Shown here one piece after another: positions 18,880-28,732 of a DNA stretch of 32,000 bases (position 1 is its first letter; each line of letters starts with the position of its first letter). Under the pieces are notes generated by a model. It made no database searches. It had not been told where the DNA came from and saw nothing but the letters and a program-made list of their open reading frames with translations. This DNA is from Saccharolobus solfataricus (GTDB lineage: Archaea > Thermoproteota > Thermoprotei_A > Sulfolobales > Sulfolobaceae): NCBI RefSeq assembly GCF_900079115.1, contig NZ_LT549890.1, positions 2,970,001-3,002,000 of the forward strand. The letters are read 5' to 3'. The position numbers and the translations under genes were made by a program.

Positions 18880-20667
18880 TCATGAATTCTTAACGGTACT
18901 TAACTCCCTCTTATACGCTTCTATAATTCCATCGTATGTTAAAATTCCTAGAAACTTACCCTTATCCACAACTGCAACCCACCTAGTCTTGTTAGTAGCC
19001 ATCACCTCTAATGCGTGTTCCAATGTGGATGTTAAAGATACGGAAGGAGAACCCCTAGTTATATATTTTCCCAGTTGGGATTCTGGATCAACCTTTTCTA
19101 AATCTCTTAAATAGACTACGCCTAGAAATGTATTATCATAATTAACCACCGGTAGACTCATAAAACTGTTCTCAATCATTATTCTTATAGCTTTATCCAC
19201 CTTATCATCAGCGTGAACCTTTATATCTTTCAATTCACAATTTTCCACACGTATAGTAGCCATTAATGGAGTTTCATATTCAGCTTTATGAGCTGGGGAG
19301 TCCCTTCTCGTTGGCAGTTGAGAAATATATATTGTACTATTTCCGGAAACTAAATAGGAAATAGCGACAGCAACCATAGCACCCGGCAGTAACTGAAGAC
19401 TTGAGGTCATTTCTGTTACCATTATTAGAACTGATAAGGGGACCTTTCCCGCCCCAGCAAAGAAGCTCATCATACCTATGATAACGAATGGAGCTATGTC
19501 GGGCACAACGCTTGGAAATAAATAGTGGAACATTAATCCAATACTTGCGCCTATATATGCACCTATAAATAACCCCGGAGCGAAAACTCCACCACTGCCA
19601 CCAGAACCTACAGAGAATGAAGTCGCTATGATTTTTAAAAATGGTAATATTACTATTAATATAATCGCCGGGAGCACTGGGGAATATAGTGCGAAAAACT
19701 TCTCATATTCCACCAGGTTAATCCAACCGTACCCAGTGCCAAGGATCTCTGGAGCTAATAATGCAATTACTCCAGTGACAAGCCCACCTATTGCTGGTTT
19801 CACGTGATCGGTTATTCGTAATTTTTTAAAGAGCGAATTAATTCCATAGAAGGTCTTAGGATATAATATTGCCACTAAACCAGAAACTAGGCCTAAGACT
19901 GCATACATTGGCAACCTTAGTGGGTCAAAAGTTCCAGTGTAATAACCGAAAACTGGCGTAAAACCAAATATACTTCCGAAAATGGTATAACCTATTGCTG
20001 AGGCTATTAATGCAGGATATATTACTTCTGGTTCTAAATCCCTCCTATATAGAATTTCAGCGGCTAAGATAGCCCCTCCAATTGGTGTTTTAAAGATTGT
20101 ACCTATTCCAGCTCCAATGCCTACAGCTACTGCCCTTCTTCTATCCTCTGGACTAAGATGTAGTAAGTCAGCAATAACAGAGCCTACTCCAGCTGAAAAC
20201 TGCGCAGTTGGTCCTTCTCTACCTGCACTACCTCCAGAACCTATTGTAATAGCGGAAGCTATTATTTTAACTGGAATAACTACCCATTTTACCTTGCCTT
20301 GAAAATAATGATAAGCCTTTATTGCTGCATCCGTACCATGTCCCTCAGCCTCTGGGGCGAAAGTATAAACGATTAGTCCAGAAATTAAACCGCCAATCGC
20401 TGTTGAAATGGGTATAAGAAGGTAGTTCCCGGGATGAAAGACAAAATTTAATGTTCCTCCCTCACCAAGTGGTCTAGGATAACTCATCCCAATAAGATGA
20501 AATAAAAATATGTCCTCAAACACATGTAATAGTAAGTAGAATGTAGTTGCTGCTAGCCCTGCTACTACACCTAAAACTATTCCTAGGATAAACCACTTCT
20601 CGAAATAGGGTAATGAGGATAAGTTCATATCATATAAAAGGATATTAATAATAAAACTTTGACTCAC
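18880..20667 (-). CDS. ClC-family chloride channel / H+-Cl- antiporter with C-terminal CBS pair
   Basis: [11 protein letters not shown] selectivity motif, [11 protein letters not shown] (G-x-F-x-P), Tyr-containing helix, and a C-terminal two-CBS (Bateman) domain. The start could be the second Met at 20628. Confidence 0.92.
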   Translation of the reverse strand: MSQSFIINILLYDMNLSSLPYFEKWFILGIVLGVVAGLAATTFYLLLHVFEDIFLFHLIGMSYPRPLGEGGTLNFVFHPGNYLLIPISTAIGGLISGLIVYTFAPEAEGHGTDAAIKAYHYFQGKVKWVVIPVKIIASAITIGSGGSAGREGPTAQFSAGVGSVIADLLHLSPEDRRRAVAVGIGAGIGTIFKTPIGGAILAAEILYRRDLEPEVIYPALIASAIGYTIFGSIFGFTPVFGYYTGTFDPLRLPMYAVLGLVSGLVAILYPKTFYGINSLFKKLRITDHVKPAIGGLVTGVIALLAPEILGTGYGWINLVEYEKFFALYSPVLPAIILIVILPFLKIIATSFSVGSGGSGGVFAPGLFIGAYIGASIGLMFHYLFPSVVPDIAPFVIIGMMSFFAGAGKVPLSVLIMVTEMTSSLQLLPGAMVAVAISYLVSGNSTIYISQLPTRRDSPAHKAEYETPLMATIRVENCELKDIKVHADDKVDKAIRIMIENSFMSLPVVNYDNTFLGVVYLRDLEKVDPESQLGKYITRGSPSVSLTSTLEHALEVMATNKTRWVAVVDKGKFLGILTYDGIIEAYKRELSTVKNS

Positions 20668-20779
20668 TATTAGATAACGATCCAGTATTTATATCAATGT
20701 ACACTTTTTAAGTTTATAATTACAATTAATACTAAGTAAAGTTTTTTAATATCATACAAACACTTTTATATGATATCAT

Positions 20780-22738
20780 ATGGTACAAGAAATTACAGAA
20801 AATATTAAAGAAATAGAGGAAAAAGTTGATTATAATACAAGGATTTATAGAGAAATTTATAGGGAAAGCATAGAGAACCCAGGTAAATTCTGGGGTAAAT
20901 TAGGTGAGGATTTAATTGACTGGTTTGAACCTTGGAAGGAGATCTATAAGCAAGAAACTCTTACAAAGTGGTTCTTAGGAGGAAAACTAAACGCAAGTTA
21001 TAATGCAATTGATAGACATTTGAACAGTAGTAGAAAGTTTAAAGCCGCGATAATTTGGGAATCTGAAAAAGGGGAGAGAAAAATACTTACCTATCAAGAC
21101 TTATTTTACGAAGTTAATAGATGGGCTAATGCGTTAAAGCAATTAGGTGTAAAAAAAGGTGACAGGGTTACAATTTACATGCCTTTAACCCCAGAAGGAG
21201 TTACAGCAATGTTAGCGTGTGCCAGAATAGGTGCAATTCACAGTGTGGTATTTGCTGGTTTTGGTTCCCAAGCGTTAGCCGATAGAATTGCCGATGCACA
21301 ATCGAAGATTGTCATTACTGCAGACGGATATTATAGAAAGGGTAGACTCATAGAGCTTAAGAAGACCGTTGATGATGCTTTATCGAAATTACAAGATAAT
21401 TCCGTAAAGAATATTATAATATTTAGGAGGATTGGGATAGAAATTCCATTTAAAGAAGGAAGAGATGTGTTTTTTGATGAAATAGGAAAGTATAAATATA
21501 TCGAACCAGAACCAGTAGAGGCCACTCATCCGTTATTCATCCTTTATACTTCTGGGACTACCGGTAAACCTAAGGGTATAGTACACTCAACTGGTGGATA
21601 TCTTGTAGGCACAGCTACAATGTTGTTATGGAGTTATGGATTAAGCCAAGAAAATGATGTATTATTCAATACTTCAGACATTGGCTGGATTGTAGGACAC
21701 TCATACATAACATATTCACCGCTCGTGATGGGTAGAAGTGTAGTAATATATGAGAGTGCACCTGATTATCCAACTCCCGATAAATGGGCTGAACTAATTG
21801 AGAAGTATAAGGCTACGACTTTTGGAACTTCTGCAACATTCTTAAGGTATCTGATGAAATATGGTGAAGATTACATTAAAGCTCATGACTTATCCTCGCT
21901 TAGAATAATAGTAACAAATGGAGAACCGCTAAATTACGCTCCGTGGAAATATGGGTTAGAAATTATAGGTAAGGGTAGGGTGTTTATGTCACATCAGTGG
22001 TGGCAAACTGAGACTGGAGCTCCGAATTTAGGTTACATGCCGGGATATCCAATCTTCTTAACCATGAAATCTGGCCCAGCGTCCGGTTTCCCATTACCGG
22101 GTAATAAAATAAAAGTTGTCGACGAAAATGGAAATCCGACCAGGCCTAGAGAGAGAGGTTACCTAATAATTGAACCACCATTTCCACCAATGATGATGAT
22201 AGGTATGTGGAACGACGATGGAAATGAGAGGGTTATTAAGACTTACTTTAGTAAATTCCCCAACTTATATTATACTGGAGACTTTGCCATGATAGATGAA
22301 GATGGATACGTGTGGGTATCTGGAAGAGCAGATGAGACATTGAAGATAGCTGGGCATAGAATAGGAGCAGGTGAAGTTGAGTCTGCAATAACCTCGCACC
22401 CTGCAGTAGCAGAGGCAGCTGTAATAGGCATTCCAGATCCAGTGAAAGGAGAGATCGCTCACGCATTCGTTGTGTTAAAACAAGGGTATCATCAAAACAA
22501 TGAGTTATCTAAGGAAATACAAGAACATGTGAGGAAAATTATGGGGCCCATAGTATTATTAGAGGTACATTTCGTTAATGCGTTACCTAAAACTAGGTCT
22601 GGTAAAGTAATGAGAAGAGTAATAAAAGCTGTTATGACGGGATCTAATATAGGAGATATTTCGACGTTAGAAGATGAGGCATCAATGGAAGAAATTAAAA
22701 AAGCTATAGAGGTATTGAGAAGACAGTTAAACCCATGA
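20780..22738 (+). CDS. acs: Acetyl-CoA synthetase (AMP-forming)
   Basis: 652 aa. [14 protein letters not shown]-binding motif, [22 protein letters not shown] and C-terminal [11 protein letters not shown] are all hallmark ACS motifs. Confidence 0.93.
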
Positions 22739-23809
22739 AATTACTGTCTTTATTTCTCCCTTGGGTTTTGTATATAATACTTCTGGAGCTTGCTCTGGTT
22801 TAATAACTCTAGTTATCATTCTATTTAATACACTTGGATATCTATATTTCCAGATTGTAAGATAATTCACACCGTTTTCAAAGTCCTTCTTACTGGCATT
22901 AACACTCCCAAATAATAAAATGTTATTTTCTACAAGATATGTTATTAAATCAGCATTAACCTCAAATTTCTCTCCACCGGTAGTGCCAAATAGTATAATT
23001 GCTGAGTTCTTGTTTAACCTACTCATTAGGGGAATAAACGCTGATGGATACCCTGAAGTGTCTATAAGTAAGTCTATTGTATTAGGTAGTCGATCTTTAT
23101 TAGTATTTATAAATTTAGCATTGCTCTTCTCTACGATCTCAGCCTCAATTGGAAAAGGATCTCTCTTATTCAAAACAAATGCATTAAAACCTTGAATAGA
23201 GAACATTAAGGAAAACATGAGACCTATTGGCCCAGATCCTACTATTGCAACATTTCTACAATTATAACTGCCGTCCTTACACCACCATGTCATTCTTCTT
23301 TGCACTAGCATTAGCTCACTATAAGCCTTTACCACATTGGAAAGTGGCTCAAGCAAAACTGCGATATCAACTATTTCATCTGGTATTTTAACTAAATAGC
23401 TTGCATTATCTATATAAAATTCCCTCATAAAACCGTCTAAACCTCTAATTCCAGCTTCCACAAATTCCCCAGTTTCACAAAAATCTTGCCTTCCAGCTAA
23501 ACAATTGGAACACTTTCCACATCCCCTTCTAACTATCGAGACTACGTAGTCGCCTTTACCTAAGCCATGTACCTCTGGTCCCTTATCAATCACTTGACCC
23601 AAATTTTCATGTCCTAACACTAAATCATTTTTTCCATTTGGTGGTCGAGAGAATTTCAATAAGCCAGAAACAATACCACGATCAGTTCCACAAATGCCAT
23701 TTGCTATCGTTTTAACTAAAACTTCATCTGCGGTGAGTGATCGATGTATATCGTTTATCTCTTTAACATGCACTCCTTTGTTTGGTGGATTAACTACTAT
23801 TGCCTTCAT
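22727..23809 (-). CDS. gdh: Glucose-1-dehydrogenase paralog (zinc MDR family)
   Basis: [18 protein letters not shown]..., GICGTD, GHENLG, structural-Zn Cys cluster [21 protein letters not shown]. Colinear with my recollection of S. solfataricus glucose dehydrogenase (MKAIIVKPPNAGVQVKDV...). Its position fits the second GDH isoenzyme, SSO3204 from memory. Confidence 0.88.
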
Positions 23810-24202
23810 AAAAGTATAATCGCATTTAAATTTTTAAACGTAGGAGAACTTAATACCAATTATGAATTTAGTTATCTCACGCTTAAGGATTATAGGAAGC
23901 TAATATCTATCGCTATGTTGTAATGGAGATTATCGCTATAGTCAGCAGTTTTAGATAAATATTGTTGGTTCATTTAATGTAATTGTGCTAGGTGCTTCAC
24001 CAAATGTGGACTTGTCCCAAATACTTGGTGCTAAAAAACGCAAGATGCGTAGTTTCTCGGCATCCGTAAACTGACGTTAGTTAGGAGTTCTCTGCAACAA
24101 ATCCTATGATAGAATTTTGAGTATAGTATTTGTTAGCTACTTATATAGGTTATTCCGCTAATGGGCGAAAAGGATGAAGGGAATAAGAGTCCGTGACTTT
24201 GG

Positions 24203-24231
24203 TGAATCCAAAGGGCTGAGAGTTGGATTCA
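24203..24231 (+). repeat. Perfect 9-bp inverted repeat (hairpin) TGAATCCAA-11 nt-TTGGATTCA in a long intergenic region
   Basis: Read directly: 24203-24211 is the exact reverse complement of 24223-24231, and a G-U pair could extend the stem. It lies in a locally GC-enriched segment and is followed by a T-rich tract (24268-24277). Confidence 0.6.
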
Positions 24232-24318
24232 TGAAAATTCAACGAAGCCAAAATCCCTAAAAACCCTCTTTATTTATCGTAAACACATATTTATAAAGTA
24301 AGGTAATAGATAATAAAT

Positions 24319-25152
24319 GTGAATATAGAGACTTTAATGATAAAAAATCCACCAATACTATCTAAAGAGGATAGATTAGGCTCAGCGTTTAAGAAAATAA
24401 ATGAAGGAGGAATAGGTAGAATAATTGTAGCTAATGAAAAAATAGAAGGACTGTTGACAACTAGAGACCTTTTATCTACTGTAGAATCGTATTGCAAAGA
24501 CAGTTGCAGCCAAGGCGACTTGTATCATATTTCTACTACGCCGATAATAGATTACATGACTCCTAACCCTGTTACAGTTTACAATACAAGTGATGAGTTC
24601 ACTGCAATAAACATAATGGTTACGAGGAATTTCGGATCATTGCCGGTAGTTGATATAAATGATAAACCCGTGGGAATTGTGACGGAGAGAGAATTCTTAC
24701 TGCTTTACAAGGATCTAGACGAGATATTCCCAGTAAAGGTTTTTATGTCAACTAAAGTTCAGACTATTTATAAGGAAGTTAGGTTAGACCAAGCGGTTAA
24801 GTTGATGTTGAGGAGGGGATTTAGAAGATTGCCCGTCATTGACGATGATAATAAGGTAGTAGGAATAGTAACTGTCGTAAATGCTATTAAGCAGTTAGCT
24901 AAGGCGGTAGATAAATTGGATCCGGATTACTTCTATGGCAAGGTAGTAAAAGACGTCATGGTCACAAACTTAGTGACTATTGATGAGCTAGCCTCGGTTA
25001 ATAGAGCAGCAGCAGAAATGATTGTAAAGAGAATAGGTTCCCTATTAATATTGAACAAGGATAATACCATAAGAGGTATAATCACTGAAAGAGATTTGTT
25101 AATAGCTTTACATCATATTCTTGTTATGGAGAAATTTAAGGAAAAACTTTAA
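24319..25152 (+). CDS. CBS-domain-only protein (four CBS motifs = two Bateman modules)
   Basis: Four repeats of the CBS pattern (e.g. GSLPVVDINDKPVGIVTEREFL, RRLPVIDDDNKVVGIVTVVNAI, GSLLILNKDNTIRGIITERDLL). GTG start at 24319, with an alternative ATG at 24337. Confidence 0.88.
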   Translation: MNIETLMIKNPPILSKEDRLGSAFKKINEGGIGRIIVANEKIEGLLTTRDLLSTVESYCKDSCSQGDLYHISTTPIIDYMTPNPVTVYNTSDEFTAINIMVTRNFGSLPVVDINDKPVGIVTEREFLLLYKDLDEIFPVKVFMSTKVQTIYKEVRLDQAVKLMLRRGFRRLPVIDDDNKVVGIVTVVNAIKQLAKAVDKLDPDYFYGKVVKDVMVTNLVTIDELASVNRAAAEMIVKRIGSLLILNKDNTIRGIITERDLLIALHHILVMEKFKEKL

Positions 25153-25176
25153 ACTATTTTCGATTTAGTAATTCAC

Positions 25177-25557
25177 ATGAAGGAAATAATTTTCACGGAG
25201 AAAGCTCCTAAGCCAATAGGTCCATACTCTCAAGGAGTGAAGGTTGGAGATATACTTTACGTATCAGGACAAATTCCAGTAGATCCTAAAACTAACGAAG
25301 TAGTAGGCAAAAACATAGAAGAACAGACAATTAGGGTTATTGAAAACATAAAAGCTGTTCTAGAAGCAGCAGGTTATATGTTAGATGACGTAGTAATGTC
25401 CTTTGTTTATCTAAAAGATATAAAGGACTTTCAAAGATTTAATGAAGTTTATTCGAAATATTTCAGTAATAAACCTCCCGCGAGAGTTACTGTAGAAGTT
25501 TCAAGATTACCAAGAGACGTATTAATAGAAATAACTGTTATAGCTCAGAAGAGTTAA
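25177..25557 (+). CDS. RidA / YjgF / L-PSP family enamine-imine deaminase
   Basis: 126 aa. [26 protein letters not shown] and [19 protein letters not shown] are the family signatures. Lies 24 nt after the CBS gene. Confidence 0.92.
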   Translation: MKEIIFTEKAPKPIGPYSQGVKVGDILYVSGQIPVDPKTNEVVGKNIEEQTIRVIENIKAVLEAAGYMLDDVVMSFVYLKDIKDFQRFNEVYSKYFSNKPPARVTVEVSRLPRDVLIEITVIAQKS

Positions 25558-25742
25558 GAAAAAATCTTTTTCAATAGCTTTTCTACGTGTGGACAATCCA
25601 GATCGAATAGATTATGATTCCCGTGTTCAACGCAGCTTGCTTGGATTGGTTTACCTTCTAATAAGACAACGCTAGCCTCATCGTCTTCCCATATCGTATA
25701 CGCTAGTCCTTCGAACACTTTCTTAGCCATTGGCTCTATCAT
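25554..25742 (-). CDS. Small hypothetical Cys/His protein (62 aa)
   Basis: Intact ORF 37 nt downstream of the TPR-kinase gene on the same strand. Contains C-x2-H-x9-C-x-H ([16 protein letters not shown]) followed by a basic helix. Coding status not proven. Confidence 0.5.
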   Translation of the reverse strand: MIEPMAKKVFEGLAYTIWEDDEASVVLLEGKPIQASCVEHGNHNLFDLDCPHVEKLLKKIFS

Positions 25743-25779
25743 TCTTTTTCACCGATCCTTTTATTTTATATAACTGTCA

Positions 25780-27789
25780 TCAATAGTTTATAAGCTTTTC
25801 TGCTTCACTGTTCAGATTATTAATGTCTATATTATAATCTTCGACCAAAATTTCTTCCAATCTCTTATTTATTTCTAACATGCTAATTTCACCCTTCAAC
25901 CCCATCGTTATAAGATCTTTGAATTCCGCAGGTACATAATCAAGTCTAGGCGTTGCGTTGTGAAAATCATCCAAGGCTTGTTTTCTCTTTTCTGGATTCT
26001 TTACCGCTTCTTCGATTTCGTTTTCTAGCCATTCGGGAAATGGAAAATTATTAGTAAGAGATACGTAAAGGGATACTGAAAAAGAGTAAACGTCAAACAT
26101 GGTTTCGGCTCTATTACCAAATCTTTGTAAGGGATGAGCATAGTAGGGAGTATAGTGCATTACCGGAGTACCTATTTTTACCGAAGAACCCAAATCAGAT
26201 AATTTAGGTACAACTTCAAAATTGAGCAAAGAATTTAGAGCATCTTCACCGTATCTTGGCAGTTTCTTATTGAACAAAATATTAGATGGTTTTATGTCAC
26301 AATGTGTATATCCCTCTTTATGAACTTCTATAACGGCCTTGGCAATTTTAGAAAATATTAAAGCTACCACTTGAGGCCATTTAACGGAATGACGCAAAGC
26401 AGAATACTCTTGATCCACTAGGATTGACCTTAAGTCACCTCCTTCCATATATTCCATTATTATTGCGGGTGGAGAACTGAAGTAATCTGTCCAGTTCTCA
26501 TCTAGAAAACTAGCGAATATTTTAACTAAGTATTCAGACCTCTTAGAGATTTCTTGCATTTTTGCAACTTCATAAAGCATCTCTATAAAAGTATACTCCT
26601 TCTTCATCACTTTCATAGCGTATTTCTTACCATTCCTCTCAACTAATAGTACATAACCCATACCGCCATTTCCCAACAATTGCTTTACCTCATATCCATA
26701 GAGTACATAACTTAACCAAGCAGTTGCATCAAATGGTTCTGGTATGTATAGTTTGTATGATCTAGTCTTCATGCACGCGTCAATTATACCTTCCCTACAC
26801 GCGTAAAGAAACTCCCTTTCAGCTTGAGATGGAGCATTCAAACCTTCTAAAGCTAAACCTTTTATGTATGCAGAACCAGCGTTACGCTTAATTTTCTCTG
26901 CCTTCTCAATAACCTCTAACGCTTCCCTATATCTCTCATTACCTATCAAAGACCACGCATATAACAAGAGGTTATGGAATGTTGGTACTCTTTTAACAGC
27001 TTCTTCAAAGTATTTTACCGCTTCCTCAAATTTTCTTTTGTTAACATAATGCCACCCTAATTCAATAAGCGGTGCATCATACGTTGGTAGCATCTTAACT
27101 GAGTCTATTAAGAGTTTCACATTCCCCTCTTTCCTATACTCCTCAATAATTGCGTTTACCTTGCTTCTTATCTTACTTTCCAATTCCCTATACTTCTCCT
27201 CAGATAAAAATGAGTAAATCTTTAAGGCTTCCAACTCGTCTCCTATTCTCTCCATGCATTGAGCTACTGCTAAGGAAACCTCTGGGTCGGAAACTCTCAG
27301 TTCTTTATAATATCTTACTGCATCATCACATTTCTCAAATTTAACTAAAGATAAAATGGAATGATTAACTATACTAGAATCATTCCTAAAACTATTTAAT
27401 GCGTATAACGCTACCTTGTAGTCTCTATTTATAGCCTCGATTATCTCGACTTTAGAACCTAAAGCAATAGGTATACCATATATAATCATATATGGAAAGT
27501 TTAATTTAGGATTAGAAATATTTCCAAAATATACATATATTGTATTACCATATTCAAATAAATACATATTCAACTTATCTACTTTCTCCTTCAATACTGC
27601 TTGCGTAATTACATTGCTATCGTTTACTCTCACTACCTTATAATCATATAAAACTTTAACCTTACCTGCGTCATAAATAACACCATATCCTATCACATCA
27701 TCTTTAGTCTTTATCTTACCGTCAAAAGGCCTAATTACGCCATCAACGTATAAATATTTCTGATCATCTAACTGTAATACTAACTTCAC
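25780..27789 (-). CDS. Soluble Hanks-type Ser/Thr protein kinase with N-terminal unknown domain and TPR repeats
   Basis: GTG start. aa 1 to about 130 form a beta-rich unknown domain. aa about 130-350 are TPR-like helical repeats (e.g. FEEAVKYFEEAVKRVP, YREALEVIEKAEKI). C-terminal kinase: LGNGGMGYV, YAMKV, HCDIKPSN (non-RD), LSDLGSS, DVYSFSVSLYVSL. Its position matches my recollection of sso3207 (unverified). Confidence 0.9.
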   Translation of the reverse strand: MKLVLQLDDQKYLYVDGVIRPFDGKIKTKDDVIGYGVIYDAGKVKVLYDYKVVRVNDSNVITQAVLKEKVDKLNMYLFEYGNTIYVYFGNISNPKLNFPYMIIYGIPIALGSKVEIIEAINRDYKVALYALNSFRNDSSIVNHSILSLVKFEKCDDAVRYYKELRVSDPEVSLAVAQCMERIGDELEALKIYSFLSEEKYRELESKIRSKVNAIIEEYRKEGNVKLLIDSVKMLPTYDAPLIELGWHYVNKRKFEEAVKYFEEAVKRVPTFHNLLLYAWSLIGNERYREALEVIEKAEKIKRNAGSAYIKGLALEGLNAPSQAEREFLYACREGIIDACMKTRSYKLYIPEPFDATAWLSYVLYGYEVKQLLGNGGMGYVLLVERNGKKYAMKVMKKEYTFIEMLYEVAKMQEISKRSEYLVKIFASFLDENWTDYFSSPPAIIMEYMEGGDLRSILVDQEYSALRHSVKWPQVVALIFSKIAKAVIEVHKEGYTHCDIKPSNILFNKKLPRYGEDALNSLLNFEVVPKLSDLGSSVKIGTPVMHYTPYYAHPLQRFGNRAETMFDVYSFSVSLYVSLTNNFPFPEWLENEIEEAVKNPEKRKQALDDFHNATPRLDYVPAEFKDLITMGLKGEISMLEINKRLEEILVEDYNIDINNLNSEAEKLINY

Positions 27790-27932
27790 ACTAACTCTGT
27801 TCTAAGGAATATCTTAAGTAACTTAAATCACATAATACCTCGTCTTCACTAAGAGCCATATTATAGCCAAATTATAGACACCACATCTTTTATACCTTTT
27901 AAAACGTCTTTCTTCAGAGTTTTCTGAGCTAT

Positions 27933-28730
27933 TTAAATTTTCGAAATCCTCTCATAATCCTCATCACTTAGATTCCATCCTAAAGCTCCAAGTATCTCAT
28001 CAATATGATCTTTACTAGAAGCCTTAGGTATTGGGATTGATCTTCTCAAAAGGTAATTTAAGGCTACTTGAACAGAGGTCTTATTGTATTTTCGTCCAAT
28101 CTCCTCTAGTATTTTATTGTTTTTAGCATTTCCCCTAGCGAGAGGAGAATACGCTATGACTTTTATATTATTCCTTTCGCAGAACGGTATAACATCCTTT
28201 TCCGCACTTTTATTTTCAACATTATACTCTATTTCATTTGCAGTTATTTCATATTTCTTAGTTATCGACATTGTTTCTTCTAAAAGTTTAATATCAAAAT
28301 TGCTTACTCCAATACAATTTACAATGCCTTGATCTACCAACTCCTCCATTGCTCTTAAACTTTCCTCTAGTGGTACAGAGGAATTCGGCCAATGGATTAA
28401 GTATAGGTCAATATACTTCGCGTTAAGCCTTTTTAGACTATTTTTAGCAGACCTAATTAAATCATCGTACTTCAGATGATTAGACCATACCTTAGTTATA
28501 ATGAAAATTTTATCCCTATCAAAATTCTCTATAGCTTTTCCAACAAGTTCTTCAGAATGTCCTCCACCATACATTTCCGCAGTATCGATAACGTTTATTC
28601 CCTTACTTATCACATACTTTAATATTTCTATATAATGGGAATCCTTAGAATAATCTGGATTCCAATACCCTCCTCCAATTTTCCAAGTCCCAAAACCAAT
28701 TTGTGAGACGTCCTTATTACATAACCTCAT
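27933..28730 (-). CDS. Aldo/keto reductase
   Basis: GFGTWKIGG, DTAEMYGGGHSEE (Asp/Tyr), LYLIHWP (His), AYSPLARG. 265 aa. The ATG lies 2 nt after the stop of the upstream ThDP-enzyme gene. Confidence 0.9.
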   Translation of the reverse strand: MRLCNKDVSQIGFGTWKIGGGYWNPDYSKDSHYIEILKYVISKGINVIDTAEMYGGGHSEELVGKAIENFDRDKIFIITKVWSNHLKYDDLIRSAKNSLKRLNAKYIDLYLIHWPNSSVPLEESLRAMEELVDQGIVNCIGVSNFDIKLLEETMSITKKYEITANEIEYNVENKSAEKDVIPFCERNNIKVIAYSPLARGNAKNNKILEEIGRKYNKTSVQVALNYLLRRSIPIPKASSKDHIDEILGALGWNLSDEDYERISKI

Positions 28731-28732
28731 GA

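Noticed and set aside
20768-20781. Perfect 14-bp palindrome ATATGATATCATAT overlapping the acs start codon
   Set aside because: At this base composition I roughly estimate a few perfect 14-bp palindromes by chance in 32 kb. It has no second copy or flanking structure and is probably just AT-rich promoter or start context.
24171-24219. C/D-box sRNA reading of the intergenic GC island: AGGATGA (24171-24177) ... GTGA (24193-24196) ... TGGTGA (24200-24205) ... CTGA (24216-24219)
   Set aside because: Only the D box is canonical, and C, D' and C' each carry a mismatch. The spacers are 15 and 10 nt instead of about 12, and I see no terminal stem. It is kept only as a weak possibility under the GC-island finding.
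24291-24497. 68-aa minus-strand ORF overlapping the start of the CBS gene
   Set aside because: It is antisense to a gene with four clear CBS motifs, and its translation is low-complexity.
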